Below are positions 42,477 to 57,831 of a DNA stretch of 64,000 bases, in pieces. A program made the translations under genes and the position numbers. The stretch is from positions 25,544,001 to 25,608,000 of the forward strand of contig OX597825.1 of assembly GCA_951406725.2 (NCBI GenBank). Direction: 5' to 3'. A model generated the notes under the pieces. It did not search any database. It saw only the letters and a program-made list of their open reading frames with translations, and was not told the DNA's origin. Position 1 is the stretch's first letter. Each line of letters opens with the position of its first letter. Source of the stretch: Octopus vulgaris. Lineage: Eukaryota.

Positions 42477-42906
42477 GAATACACACATATATATTATATA
42501 TGGCCATCGTGCGGTTTTTTTATACATACACAGTTATGAGCATATGCATATGTGTGTGTGGGCGTGTGTATACATTCAAATATATATATGTGTATATATA
42601 TATATGTGTGTGTGTGTGTACATATACATATATATATATCCACGCACACACACATATAAACACGCACACATAAGCAGACAAAGGGAGAGTGTAAAAGGGA
42701 AATGTTTTTCACATGCCATCTGACACTTTTTACTTACTATTATATTATATAAGTACACAAATTCATTACCATTTGCTTCATGGTAAAAAGTATGTATTTC
42801 CATAGAAATATAAGCACGCAAATGTTCTGCACGCATATATAAGCACAGACACATGGATGGACTGTTCCAACACGAAACGCACAGACAACACACTGATGTG
42901 TATAAT

Positions 42907-43295
<389 letters not shown>

Positions 43296-43372
43296 TATAT
43301 ATATATATATATATATATATATGGAAAAAAGTCAAGATAGAGAATGCTAAAACAATTTTATAAAAAATATTT

Positions 43373-43408
43373 CAGTACCGGTTTCAGTCATTGAGCCTTT
43401 ATCAACTT
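43373..43408 (-). ncRNA. Minimal HHR, U3:A8 variant, in a (TA)n-flanked fragment
   Basis: aag-TTGATAA-aggc tcaat gact-GAA-ACCGGT-A-ctg. Stems I and II are weak. Confidence 0.55.
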
Positions 43409-43484
43409 TAAGTATGGAAAACAATTACATTTTTTAAAAGAATATTTGTATGTTTGTATATATATATATATATATATGTTTTAT

Positions 43485-43519
<35 letters not shown>

Positions 43520-44418
43520 TTATACACACACACATATATATATATATATATGTCTTATACACATAGCAATAAATATATTTATATACACATATATATATCT
43601 GTCCATAGACATACATATGTATATATGCACACATACTGACAATTATGTATGCATAAATTGGCACAGATACATACACACACACACACACACGTGAGTGTGT
43701 ACTTGTGCGTTTATGCTTAGAAACTCAATTATTCTTATCATCAAGTCCATATTGTTTATACATTCACGGAAGAATGCGTACACACAAACGTCTATAGGCA
43801 CAGAGAGATAATCATATTCAATTCATTTAGGAAAATGTGGAATGAATATAATTTTTTTTGTCCATATACACGCACTATAGCTACACGCATGCATATACCG
43901 GTAGACATACACAGATACACATACACATGTATGCGTTATATACTCTCACATGAAAAAGTAAAACAAAAGTAGTGACTTTCAAAAAGACTGTATAGTCATT
44001 AATAGGGTCAGTGAAGCTTTTATAGATGAAGTCACACTGTATTATCGCGAAAGTATTGCCGCTGTGAAGATCGTGTTGATATTCCAAAATAGCAGCGGAT
44101 AAAACACAGGAATAAAATACAGATAATATTCTATGTTGGTGCAAAAATCTTACGTATTTTAGTCTCAAACAACACACTTCAAAGGTATTGCATGTAATTC
44201 GTATGTTGTAGTTTTCCTCACATAGTTTTATTTCTGTAACATCTCTCTCTCAGTTTTACGGTCACTCGGTGCACTAATAAGATGGTGATTCTTTGAAGAA
44301 TTTTTGTTGTACAACCTACTCGTACTTTCAATATTTCCACATCTCTGTTGATGTTTAGAATAAAAAAAAATTATTTCTTTGAACTTAGTGACTGCGCTGG
44401 TCGATACTACACACCTTT

Positions 44419-44489
<71 letters not shown>

Positions 44490-44999
44490 CCGAAAAAAAT
44501 GTCTAATAAAAAACAAAGCAAACAAAATCTGTTTTATGCCACTCTCTTTCTTCCACAGACACACACAACACTTAAATACAAAGACCAAGGGAGAAATACA
44601 AGAGTTTATTGCTCGGAATACGATAGAAGCGAATGTAAAAAAAACCATTATTCAGTTACACGATAGTATTCGTAAACTCATTTCTTTGAACTATAATAAT
44701 ATGGCATTTCTGAAAAGAAATGTGGTTGTTATTATCGAATCAATGGGTCTAAATTATGAACGACAAGGTGTTAAGGTCTAAGGCATATGAAGCGAATCAG
44801 CAAGTAACAAAATCTCAACTGATCGACATAATATTTAGTAACTTAAAATGAATATTTAAGATTGCTCAGAAATACGGTATACGTCTACCTAAGCACGCTC
44901 ATTCCAATACTTCTTCAAATGTTCCCTGGCACATGGTAACCAAATTGGGTCATAGTTAGTGGATTATGATATGTTTTAGGACTTTCCGATGTTATTTTT

Positions 45000-45750
45000 G
45001 CAGCACAACTAGACTGTAGTCAATGGATTTACTGAAGATTTGGGAAGAGTTTGGGCAATCGGAAAGTGTGTGCAAACCGAGTTAACTTGGTAGTTGCCGA
45101 TTCCAAGGAAGGAGGTGTGGAAATCTGCTTTGATCTGCTTGAAACATTTAACGCCAATCGAGACATGTTTTCTCTATTCTGGTGACAAATGCTGAAACGT
45201 GTACGCATACTTATGATCCAGAAACGGAGGCTCTTGTGATTCTGTCACGCCTCTTTCTGAAGAGCCAGCGATCGGTTCAGAAAGTTTTGGTAACTCTTAT
45301 TGGGAGGAAAAGGGCGTCATTGTCCCTTTTTCCCGAAATGTAACTGCATTTTAAACAGCGATCGGTTACGCTGAAAATTCAAAAAGCTCAGAGAAGCTAT
45401 TTAAGTGGAGAAAAACCGAACAAAAATCTGAATACGATCCACATTCACAATAACAATTTGTGACCAAACACGTTATTTAACATCAAATCACACAATTTAG
45501 TAATTGCGCTGGTCAGCAGTCCTTTGAGTACTGGACAGCCTGGATACAGCATCTTGTGACTTCCATCTGTTCTTTCCAATAAAATACTGAAGACTGTCTT
45601 TCATTAGAGAGATGTGATGACAGGTAGAGTGAAAGTGGCTGTGAACAGTAGGAAAAGCAGTGCAGACCTAAATTTTCTTAGAGAGGCTGCGAAAGATGGA
45701 TTAAACTTTGGCGCAAAAACACCGCTTGTGATGAAGGAAGTCATGTTGTG
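45000..45750 (+). pseudogene. Heavily decayed mariner transposase
   Basis: LGNRKVCA, VTNAETCTHTYDPET, DTASCDFHLF. Confidence 0.7.
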
Positions 45751-45844
45751 TGGGTTCGTGTGTACATGCGCAATTCAAACAAACTATGTCAGTTAAAAAA
45801 AGGTACGTATACTTTTGCATTACTTTCGGTGCAGCTAATTTGTG

Positions 45845-45937
<93 letters not shown>

Positions 45938-46008
45938 GTCTGTCTGTCTGTCTGTCTGTCTTTCTTTCTCTTTCTCTCTCTCTCTATCTCTCTATCTCTC
46001 TATCTGTC

Positions 46009-46039
<31 letters not shown>

Positions 46040-46234
46040 GAGTGTGTGTCTGTCTGTCTGAAATTATTTAGATAAATGATATGAATTATTAATTCCAGCG
46101 CACGGCAAGAGAGATCGACGGAATCAGTCTGAGGATCGATTTCTTTGACCCAAGGCGATGCTCGATTGCAGTTGTTTGGAACTAAGCATTGATGTTCCTA
46201 GTACCCTTGTTTACTTACCCGCAATGGATCATCA

Positions 46235-47863
46235 AGGGAACGTTTTATTGCATTCTATTACTGAAACCTAATATCTAATTTCTGTCTACATACACTCTAC
46301 TTTACGATGCGCTTCTTCCAGCGGTTCACAAGATGCTTATTCCATCGGAGAAGAAGGTTTTTCAGCTGGTCGCGCTGCCATATATGTATGCCTGCTGCGC
46401 TTCTTCGAACGTAGCAAATCGAACGCCTCATAAAATGATGTTCAAGTGGTCCAAAGAGGTGATAGTCGGGAGTGTCGAGATCTGGACTATAAGCAGGGTA
46501 TTCCAGCAATACAATTTTCAATAGGATCAACGGTGTGGGCGTGCATTGTCTTACAAGAATAACACCTGCTTTGACAATAGACCTTGGCGTTTTGTGCGAA
46601 TTATTGGCTTCATTTTCTTGGCTAGCGTTTCACTGTAGCCTACATTGGTGATTATAGACCACTTTTCCATGCAGAAGGCTGAGGCATGAATTTCCTTTTC
46701 GGTAGAGATTTCACTGTTTCGACTCTATACTCTTTTGGATTCAGGCTCAAAGTGATGAACCCTGCTCTCCTCTCTTGTAACTATTCTCTCTAATAAAGCT
46801 TCGCCTTCATCGTTGTAGCAGTTTGGTAAGAGTTGACAGATCTCCGCACGATTGCGTTTATGTGCTTCCATAAGCTCTCGTCACTGATTTCTCACAGATT
46901 TTACGTGAAGCTTGTCATGGATGATTTTTGGATCTTTTCGGTTTGAACGGCAGTTTTTTCTAACGGTGTCATATGAAATTGTCACCCATAATTATGACCC
47001 TAGTATCGATCTATTGCATTTCAATCTGTTTTAGGGTTAGGGATAGTTAGGGATAGGGGTGGGGGAGGGGTATCTTTTTTTACCTTCAGAAATGTAAATA
47101 AACCCAATCTGTTTCTTAAACGAGGGACAAATTCATACGGCACAGAATGTTTTTTTTTACCTCAATAGACGTCATTGATTGGTTGAAATTGCAGAAACTG
47201 AAGAAAAAAAACCCAACAAATATCTTACAAACTATAGAATTTTCTCAATAAAGCCAAGAGAAAAAGATGTTTTATAAACACATTCTAGCAGTATACGAAG
47301 TTTAAAAGTGTTTAATTACGTGGAAATTATTTTAAAAAACTGCCGTTGAAACCGAAAAAAACCCCGATTTTTTATGCAGAACCATGAATAATTTAAATTA
47401 TTCATGTTCTCTAAAAATTTTCAGAGAACATGGCCCTCCATTGATGGTCACTAGTCGGTTTACCATAATCATCACTTGAGCTTACTGAATCTGGTGATTC
47501 ATTGGCATCCTTCTCTCTGTTCGTACTTCACGCTTGTCCGATTCTCTCATCCATTCACGATTCTCTCATACTCTCTCCTACGCGATAGACCACTGTCCTC
47601 ATATAATATCAAAAGTCTGTGATGAATTTCAGCCTCTAGCACATTTTCAAACCAGAAAAATCGGATCATTGATCCCCCCGTTCTTTTTTGCTGCACATTG
47701 CTGGCAGAGCTGCTATATTTAATTTGTGGCTCAAAAAAGAAAACTGGAGTGATCAAATTGGAACCACAAGAGTATCACCTTTTACAATGCAAGTGTTGAA
47801 GTGAGTGCGGCCAACCTAAAGAAAGTTTTGGCGAAATCGTGGATAACTTTTGACTCCCCCTTG
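46235..47863 (-). mobile_element. Decayed mariner interrupted by a MITE
   Basis: TA|CAAGGGGGAGTCAAAAGTT terminus at 47863. IRFFWFENVLEAEIHHRL; YPAYSPDLDTPDYHLFGPL; LVNRWKKRI. Confidence 0.85.
46930..47363. mobile_element. 434-bp MITE with 30-bp TIRs and internal TTAGGG-like repeats
   Basis: TIRs 46930-46959 and 47334-47363 match at 27/30. Flanks are atgattttt and ccgattttt. Confidence 0.85.
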
Positions 47864-47943
47864 TATGTATCATTCACAACCAAAAGTTCCAATTTTTTTT
47901 TTTAACACTATTCACTACTTTCTGAAATTTTGTGCTATTTTCT

Positions 47944-48176
47944 TATTTCTTTATTACTCACAAGGGGCTAAACACAGAGGGGATACATAAGGACAGACAA
48001 AGGGATTAAGTCGATTACATCGACCCCTGTGCGTAATTGATACTTAATTTATCGACCCCGAAAGGATGAAAAGCAAAGTCGACCTCGGTGGAATTTGAAC
48101 TCAGAACGTAAAAGCAGACGAAATACCACTAAGCAGTTCGCCTGGCGCGCTAACGTTTCTGCCATCTCGCCGTTAC
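47944..48176 (-). mobile_element. SINE type B, full length, with 16-bp TSD
   Basis: ttttgtgctattttct at 47928-47943 and 48177-48192. Homolog of 54803-55033. Confidence 0.92.
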
Positions 48177-48824
48177 TTTTGTGCTATTTTCTATGAACCG
48201 GATCCAACTCTGGCATTGATTCAAATAACGCGAAGTTATTGAAATACGGAGACGGTTTAAAGAAATCTTCCTTAGCCTGGGCGCCGAAGAATGTGATTTC
48301 TGTGTAGTTTCTGCTTAATACAAGGGTATGTAAAGTATGTATTTCAAGTGAAGGATGTCAACTGTCTCAAGCAGGGAAATTGGCGAATAAGAGATATGCA
48401 TATGACATCCTTAGGGACTCTGTGACTGAAGTGACGGGTATGGTTGAATCTCAATTCAAATATACTTAAGCCGACGTCTGAATGAAATATTTCGAATAAA
48501 AGAAGGGAGTAAGATAAGGTTGCAGGTGGAGGGGTGAGAGAAAAGACTGAGATTAAATAGTTAAAGCGGGATATGAGAAAGGGAGCCGTAGTACGGTTGA
48601 TGAAAGAAAGAATGCCAGGTGTAGTGGGTGAGCTTTGATAGGCGCAAGGATGGGTAGATACTGTATGGAACTAGCTAGGTCAGAGAAGCATAGGCCATTG
48701 TAGTATTAAAGAGAAAGAGAATGAGATTGAAAGTAAGATAGGCAGATACATAAATAGGGTGAGAGAGAGAGAGAGAGAGGGAGAGCGGCAGAGAGAGGAA
48801 GAGAGAGGGGGCTAACAGCACGAA

Positions 48825-48990
48825 GCATGAATTGGCAGAATCATTGGAGCGTAGGAGAACATGTCGAAGTATTACCTCTGGCTTCCTACATTCTTAGTTC
48901 AAATCCCACAGAAGTCAACTTTGCCTTCCATCCTTTCAGAGTCATTGAAAGAAAGTACCAGTCCAGGGCTGTGGGTTGGCAGAATTGATA
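48825..48990 (+). mobile_element. Degenerate SINE type B
   Basis: ttggcagaatcatt...gttcaaatccc...gtcaactttgccttccatcctttc...aagtaccag. Confidence 0.65.
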
Positions 48991-50006
48991 TATCGTCGAA
49001 TGAGATGTCTCTTGGCTGGCATTTGTGTTCTGAGTTCTTGGATTTTAGATTTAATCTTGTTCAACATCACCCCTTAGAATTTGGATGCCGTTAGAGGATT
49101 GTCTTCGTTGCAAACATTCAGGCCTGGTTCATGGATTATAGGACAACTTCTTTTTCTTCTTTCCGCCAGTCTCAGGAGCCCTGAAAAAATAAAGAGCAAG
49201 TGCACAGCCCTTATCTTCCGGAAAAAGGAAAATGTCAGACGTTAACGGGTGTTTGTGTGTTTTCACCAAGTCGGGTGTCATACATCTCGTTACACACTTA
49301 GCAATACGATGCAACTCCATTGAACACAAAAAAATTCTTTATAGACCTCAATAATACTTGAGTATATAAGTAAACACCAACATAACGAAATTGTAAGCAA
49401 ACAAAGAGAAAAAAAATCTTTACAATTCAATTAATTTCATGACGTTGTATATGGCTGTTCATAACAATGGCAGCTATAAAGAAGATGGCGCCGTACGTAC
49501 ATCTCTCTGGATAACTACCACAATATAGATATAAAAATGTAAGAAGATAAACAACAAGAGATATATATTTATAAATCATTATTATTGTTGTAAAAAAATC
49601 ATTATTATCAATATGAAGAAATCGTATTATAATACTCTCTGTTTCTAATCATACGTATTAATGACATACAATAATTGTTGACAATACTTAGATCTATATA
49701 TTTTTCTTTCTTTCCCCTAGAACCTTCTACTCTAAAATCGTTCATATCATGTCTATAGTTTTCCCCGAAAGAAGAATATTTACTGCCGCTTTCCGTCCAG
49801 CCCTATTCCGCAAAAAAATTCTCGTCTGATCTACAGCTTCAACGAATGAAGAATATTTATGAAGACTTACTTTCACATCGACACGCCAATATCCGAAAAA
49901 GGTTTCATGACAGATCTACGTTTCCACCGAGTGAAGGATATTTATGAATAGAATATGTAGTGAAATCTGCAGTTAATTCACAGAGGTGGTATATATATGT
50001 ATGTAC

Positions 50007-51510
50007 GTCTATTCTATTTTTTAATTATTATAAATCTTCCATTGAGGAGGGAGACAGTTTCCAAAAAAGATACAAGGCTCCATCTTTCGGATGTAGTTAA
50101 CACAGACAAACTCACATTTGGAACTTGAGAAAAGTCTTGCATATTTCTACTGTTCCACTCACAGATTGCAATTGTAATGTACGAATCGGCCGGTCAATTT
50201 CTCTTTCTGAAAATCCCAGTTTATCCAGATTTTCCTTTAAGCATTTCCTAGTGCTCCAAATATTATTGGTATGAATATGAATTCATAGTCTGGATATAGA
50301 AGCTGGAGATTTGGAAGCATTTATCCATAGATATCCTCTTTTACTTTTGATTTTCAAAGAGATATTTATATATACAGAGCAGCTAACCTCTATGATGGTA
50401 TATACCTCTGCCCCACTGTCTCAAACAACAATATCCTGCCTCTTGTGCTTACATTTGACAGGAATTTTGATGGGAATATTCCACCGGTATTCCTTGAGTT
50501 GGTGTTTATGAATGTATTTCAGGACAGTCTTTTTTGTGGATGGCATTGTAATTTGTTTTAACAACATCGTGCCGCAGAGGGAGGTAGTACAGTGACATTT
50601 TAGGACAGCGGCTAATCACATGCGTAATGTTACAGAAATATGACACAGCCTACTTATGAGGTTGCATCTTGGGATTACAAGTGCGTCACTGTCTTTCCTT
50701 TTTCACCAGGTACTTTGTGGCAATCTTCTGTTCCTGGATTTAAAACGCATAGCCTTCAAAGTATAGTGGTCTTGTATCCAAAAGAGGCTGCGCTTCGTGT
50801 CAATTCTACCGTCTTCCTCAGCTTCCATACAACATACCAATGCATGTTTTTTTTTGTAAGCTGAGTGCTTTCCGTCCCAGCTGTTTTGGGGCTGTGTACG
50901 AGAGAGTGTTTCTTGAGGAGTTCACTGCCAACTCGTACAATGTTGCTCACTTCACTTTTCAGGTCTGCTTTAATATATTTATTTTTACTGCTGATGTCCA
51001 GAAGGTGCCGACTGACTGATACTATTCGACATTCGAAGGCCATCTGCACTGATCTCAGGCCTCTATCACCTTCATTTCTTCTTAGGTAGAGCCTGCCAAC
51101 ATCACTATTTCTGTGGAAGTTCCCAGTTGTTGTCAGGATTTTGTGGGTTTTGATATCTATGGAGTGGATTTCCTCTACAGACCAATCAAGTATCCCAAAT
51201 GTTGGTATCAGCACTAGTACTGCAAATGCATTGTGCGATATTGTTTTGTTGTAAGAGGAGAGTTCCGACTGACATATTTTCCTAAGTCTGGTGTAATATT
51301 CTCGTGTCACTGTATTTTTATTCAGATTACCTTCATATGATACATTTTCATCTATTCCTAGGTACTTGCAACAATCTTTGTGTGGAATGGGGGAGATAGA
51401 GAGACCGTTGATGCACAGGTTTTGGGTTTGGCGGACTGACTTTCCTCATTCTATAATAACCAAATCTGAATATTTCTTTTGGCCAAATTCCATGCCTATA
51501 TCAGCTGAAA
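50007..51510 (-). mobile_element. R4-like RLE LINE, 3' 1.5 kb (RT C-terminus, zinc knuckle, endonuclease), decayed
   Basis: FSADIGMEFG...KYLGIDEN...REYYTRLRKICQSELSSYNK...SDVGRLYLRRNEGDRGL...RHD...IIEVSC...NLQLLYPDYEFIFIPIIFGALG...SGTVEICKTFLKF. Confidence 0.9.
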
Positions 51511-51857
51511 ATGTTATTAATTCCAATTATTTTTGGTATTGCTAGCACTTTTAGCATAAATCTTCAGTTCGCTTACAAAGAAATTATAAATTTACATCTC
51601 ACTTTGAACGCTATGCATTTGCAGTCCAAGAACAGGAGATTACCCAAAAAGTACCTGCTGAACAAGAGAGACAGTGACGTTCTTGTACTCAAAGGTACAT
51701 GTGCACGTATGTATGTGTGTTTGTATGTATTTATGTATGTATGTACGTATGTATGTATGTATTCATGTATGCATGCATGCATCCATGAATGCATGTATGT
51801 ATGTATGTTCGTATGTATGTATGTATGAATGTATGCATGTATATATGTGTGTGTATG

Positions 51858-51888
<31 letters not shown>

Positions 51889-51899
51889 TTATTCGTGTG

Positions 51900-52085
51900 T
51901 GTGTGTATCTTTGTATTTATGTTTGTTCTCCACCAACGTTAGAAACTATTGTTGGTCAATTCACGTCCTCTAAGCTAGTAGTTCTGCAAAAGAGACCGAT
52001 AAAATAAGTACAAAAGTCCCTAGGGTCGACTTCTTCAATACAAGCATGACCGCATTCCAATGGCTGAAATAAGTTAAAGATAAGA
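51900..52085 (+). mobile_element. SINE type A 3' half, degenerate
   Basis: gcaaaagagaccgataaaataagtac...ggtcgac...ggctgaaataag. Confidence 0.7.
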
Positions 52086-52090
52086 TATAG

Positions 52091-52189
<99 letters not shown>

Positions 52190-52775
52190 CATCCATCCAT
52201 CCATCCATCCATCTATATATTTATCTGTTAAGAAAGCAACAACTACAAGTACAGCACAAGAGTTCGTGAGATATAAGATAATTAATAACGACGGCGACAA
52301 CAGGAACAACAACAGGAACAGCAACACAAATTAGAGCAGGGATGGCATCAAACATATGAGTAATACAAAGTAATTGATCAGGGATGACTGCTGTGAGAGA
52401 ATCAAGAATCTCACATTTGACTTTCGAAAACAGTTCTGTTAGTGTATAAGAGCGTTTTAGTAAATTCGCAATCTACAGTTTAATTTTCATAACGGTCTGT
52501 TGGGAAATTTTCTATACGCTTTTAAAAGAAAATTAAGAGCAATACTTTTAGCATTTGATTTTATGTTCGGATACTTTTGTTTTAATTGTTATAGGTTTTC
52601 CCCCTCACCTTTATTCTTCACCGCCACTTTCTCTTCGCATCCCCTCAATCTACCACCCACCTTATTCTTTTCAAACAACCAACAAAAGCTCATTATTAAT
52701 TATTATTCTCTTTCGAAAACTATATTTCATTTTTCGTGTCACGATTGTGTATTACTTGCTAATACTGAAAAATTA

Positions 52776-52830
52776 AATAATAATAATAATAACAATAATA
52801 ATAATAATAATAATAATGATAATAATGATA

Positions 52831-52865
<35 letters not shown>

Positions 52866-52884
52866 AATAATAATGATGATGATG

Positions 52885-52960
<76 letters not shown>

Positions 52961-53012
52961 TGATGATGATGATAATAATAATAATGATGATGATAATGAT
53001 GTTGCTGATGAT
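52776..53012. repeat. (AAT/GAT)n array
   Basis: Direct reading of the sequence. Confidence 0.95.
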
Positions 53013-53824
53013 GATCAGATAATAAGAATCATAACAATATAATCTGCTCGCAAAACAAACACAAACCAAAACAATAGAAAAAGAAACAAATAATAAATAA
53101 ATATATGAACTTTTATAGTCTTTGTTGTTGTTGTTGTTGTTGTTTTAGTATAGTTTTAATTTTAGTTGCCAAAATAGAGAACAGCAATTTGTCACGTATA
53201 TCTCCAGGAGAAATCTCCACAGCTCTGGAAATGTTATACGAAATGTAGAAGTTTTTGAAATGCTGTGAGTGTTTGTTTGCGTATATGTGTGCATTTGTGT
53301 GTGTGTGTGTATGTATGTGTGTGTATGTGTGTGTCTATGTGTATATATATTTATATATGTGTGTGTGTGCGTGTGTGTGTCTGTGTGTATGTATACACGC
53401 ATTCACATTGATACATATATATATATATATATTATGCATACACATGGAAATATATATATAAACATACATATACATATATATGTTTGTGTGTATATATATA
53501 TATATATATATATACATACATATACATACATGCATGGAGATTCGCACATGTATGCGTACACATGTAGATAACCGCATGTATAGGCACATCTTTATCTTCA
53601 AATACATGTGTATTGCACATGTATCTATGAGCATGCGTGTCTGTACGTGTATGTGTGTGTATGTGTGTGTATGTGTGTGTATGTGTGTGAATGTGTGTGG
53701 CATTGCGTACGTGTCGGTGCGTTTGAAAGGCTTTCATAAACATTTCAAATGTAATTAGCTTATTGAAAGAAAAACAGATAATTATTAACATCGAAACTAA
53801 GCGCAACTTACACGGACGTACACC

Positions 53825-53875
<51 letters not shown>

Positions 53876-54178
53876 CCACAAACACACATAAAGACATGCA
53901 CAAGTATTGTTTTAGTGTACTTTCCTTTGTATAAATAATAGCCATTGTCAGATGGAGAACACAAGAGCAAAATACTTGAAGTATAAATATAACCTCACTT
54001 GTACTGACGTAGCAGTTCCTAATTCTTTGTTTTCAGTAAATATGTGTGATTCTATTGTATACGATCAACCACATATACCCACATGCGCACACACATACAA
54101 ATATGTAATATATATTTATTAATGTATATATGATAACCTATCTTTAACTATTATAGATGAAATAATTACATGCAATAT

Positions 54179-54260
<82 letters not shown>

Positions 54261-54802
54261 TTATTATGAAACCACATAGATAGACTCACATATATATATA
54301 TATATATATATACATACGTACGTAACGCACTTACGGACGGATGTGCACGGAATGAAACTGCTAGCTTACTCTCTGTTAGCGGAATTTTCCATACGAATAC
54401 AAGATTGAATTGCACCCCAAAAATCTATCGAGTGCGTTACCTCTTCGAGTCGTAGATTGGGCAGTATGACTGTCTTTGTATGCATCAGCACAGGAACGAG
54501 CACCTCTCCCTCTCTCTCCCTCTCTCCCTTTCTCTCTCAAAACACACACACGCATACAAATATATACATATAAATATATATCCTTATGTATTATATAAAG
54601 TAATACAACTAATCTCTCGCAAACATAAAACAATAATGTTCCTACAAAGCAGTATACCCACGCGCGCGCACACACATATATGTGTTATTCAATATTCAAT
54701 ATATAGGTGTTATTCAATATATAGCAATATAGGTGTTATTCATGCCCTTAGTCAAGTTTAGTTGATGACTATAATTTTCATTTACGGTATAACATTGCAA
54801 AC

Positions 54803-55033
54803 GGCGGCGAGCTGGCAGACACGTTAGCACGCCGGGTGAAATGCTTAGCGGTATTTCGTCTGCCGCTACGTTCTGAGTTCAAATTCCGCCGAGGTCGACT
54901 TTACCTTTCATCCTTTCGGGGTCGATTAAATAAGTACCAGTTACGCACTGAGGTCGACGTAATCGGCCTAATTCGTTTCTCTGTCCTTGTTTGTCCTCTC
55001 TGTGTTTAACCCCTTGTGGGTAGTAATAAAATA
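54803..55033 (+). mobile_element. SINE type B, full length, with 17-bp TSD
   Basis: ggtataacattgcaaac at 54786-54802 and 55034-55050. Head ggcggcgagctggcagacacgttagc, B box gagttcaaattcc. Confidence 0.93.
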
Positions 55034-55116
55034 GGTATAACATTGCAAACAGCTGTTTCTATTAATTGTTTGTATACCCATTAGCGATCTGCTAAATTAT
55101 CCATACATTTCTATGG

Positions 55117-55522
<406 letters not shown>

Positions 55523-55831
55523 TATATATATATATATATATAATTATATCTATATTGTATAGAGGGCATTATTACACATAAATGCCTCACACTAAGAGGG
55601 ACAAAGTCATTACTACCAAAGTTATACTAATCATACCTAAATGCAGTTTTTCAAAGCAAGACATTTAAAAAAATGAATTTAGTTCTGTATCACCGTGATT
55701 TCCACATTCAAGTGGCTGTTCCATGTTTCTACTTGTTTAACCCGAAGCAGATTGCCCGCCAGCTGGTTTACTTGTTCGTATAGTTACAACTCTGATCTCT
55801 TCTTGACATTTTACAAGACTACCTATTTTGC

Positions 55832-55907
<76 letters not shown>

Positions 55908-55930
55908 CATATATATATATGCATATATAC

Positions 55931-56011
<81 letters not shown>

Positions 56012-56036
56012 CATGCACATACACACACACATATTA

Positions 56037-56216
56037 CCCTTTAGCGTTCAGATTACTTTGTCTAATTTTAGCTTATTGATTCACATTATTTTCAATTAAT
56101 TATACATTATTTTGTACATTCGAAATTTTGTTGACGTGAATGTCTTCTTTCTAGAATTGTATTGTGCAGGGCAGATGTGAGGGGCTGAATCTGGCCGGTT
56201 CGGACATAAAAAAGGG
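56037..56216. mobile_element. Degenerate piggyBac-type MITE
   Basis: CCCTTT...AAAGGG ends with imperfect TTAA-like flanks. Confidence 0.45.
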
Positions 56217-56399
56217 TAGCTTCCGTCTACTCAATTTCATTGAGGAGGCTTTAGCGCTGCTCTAGGTTTTGCTAAACGGACTTATCCCAGTTGCTGTATT
56301 GTAAGACTAAAACCGGGAGATCATGGCTACGAAGTGAACTTTCTAAATATTCAACCTTGTCTGATTCTATATCGCATTACTCCATCAACTGTGTTTTCG

Positions 56400-56935
56400 C
56401 AATCATAACCACCACCACCACCACCGCCTCTGCCGCCGCTGCCATCAACACCACCGCCACCCCACTACTACCACCGCTGCCGCCGCCGCCGCCATCAACA
56501 CCACCGCCGCCACCAGCACCGCCACCCCAGCACCGCCACCCCCATCCCCACCACGACAACAACACCAACACCAACACCATCACCACAACCACCACAACTC
56601 TCCCACACCATTACACCATCATTATCGTTATCAACATCATCACCATCATCATCATAATCATCATCATGGCTACCACCACCACCACCACCATCACCATCAT
56701 CATCACCACACAACCTCCCATCACTTCAATTCTTGTTATCATTCTTGCTATCATCATCGTTATCGTCAACATCATCATCATCGTGATCATCCTCACCACC
56801 ACCACCACCACTACCAGGTCCCAGCAGCGGCAGTAAGATCGTCATCATCGCCAGCATCATCAACCCAGCTGCATGACCACCACTATCAACCAACACCATT
56901 AAGACCAATGCCACAAGCACCAACACCAGACTCCA
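56400..56935. repeat. Degenerate (ACC/GCC/ATC)n array
   Basis: Direct reading of the sequence. Confidence 0.85.
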
Positions 56936-57701
56936 CCCATTACTTAAGAACCATCGCAGTAAAACAGATTCCATACGAAGAATTTTTGCAGTAGAATAGT
57001 AGCAAATTTCTTTTTACATCCGCCAAAGTTTCCTTCATAATGGTAGGAATAAACTTTGATATGAAGCAGTTTAGAATTTTCTAGAAAATGTTTTTATGGA
57101 ATGCCAGGGATAATCCATCACAAAGATGGATCGTACAACATATTGGAAGAATTAAAGCGATTCCTTAAGTATAGCCATCAATCTAAGAATTAGTTATGGT
57201 GTGCAGAGAGCTGTTAGACTATGATACATGAGCAGGTTAGAGAGAACCCTTCAATTTGGTTCTGAGAGTTGCTAGAAATAGAAGCTATATGTCGTCCATT
57301 CTTTATTAAATGTCGTCTGCATTTGAATAAATATGTTAGATAACTCGTATACGAACGTACATATGTGTGTATACACACAAACACACACACACACACACGA
57401 ATACGCTCACAGAGCTTGGATTTTACCCTACCTACACTATATACAGACATTTCTCTGTGTGTGTGCATGTGTGTGTATATATATATGTATTAAAATATAT
57501 ATTTATGTATATATATATATATATACACATATACATACACAGATATATATATATATACATATATATATACACATATATACAAATATATATATACATACAT
57601 ATAACATATATATATATATACATACATATATACATACATACAAATATATATGTATACATATATGTACATGTTTGTGTGTATATCTAATTATCTATCTATC
57701 C

Positions 57702-57764
<63 letters not shown>

Positions 57765-57773
57765 CATCTATCC

Positions 57774-57831
<58 letters not shown>

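Noticed and set aside
47031-47059. TTAGGG repeats as a telomere or fusion scar
   Set aside because: Short, degenerate and internal to a TIR-bounded element.
49470-49495. TATAAAG followed by YY1-like AAGATGGCGCC as a promoter
   Set aside because: Spacing is atypical, there is no supported downstream exon, and short motifs are expected by chance.
49825-49950. Spaced direct repeats (also 54692-54742) as a CRISPR-like array
   Set aside because: Only two or three degenerate copies, no regular spacers, no cas genes, and the context is eukaryotic.
52500-53042. Poly-Asn/Asp ORF
   Set aside because: (AAT/GAT)n array with a non-ATG start.
56291-56836. Pro/Thr/Ile-rich 181-aa ORF (mucin- or extensin-like)
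   Set aside because: Degenerate (ACC/ATC)n array open in several frames on both strands.
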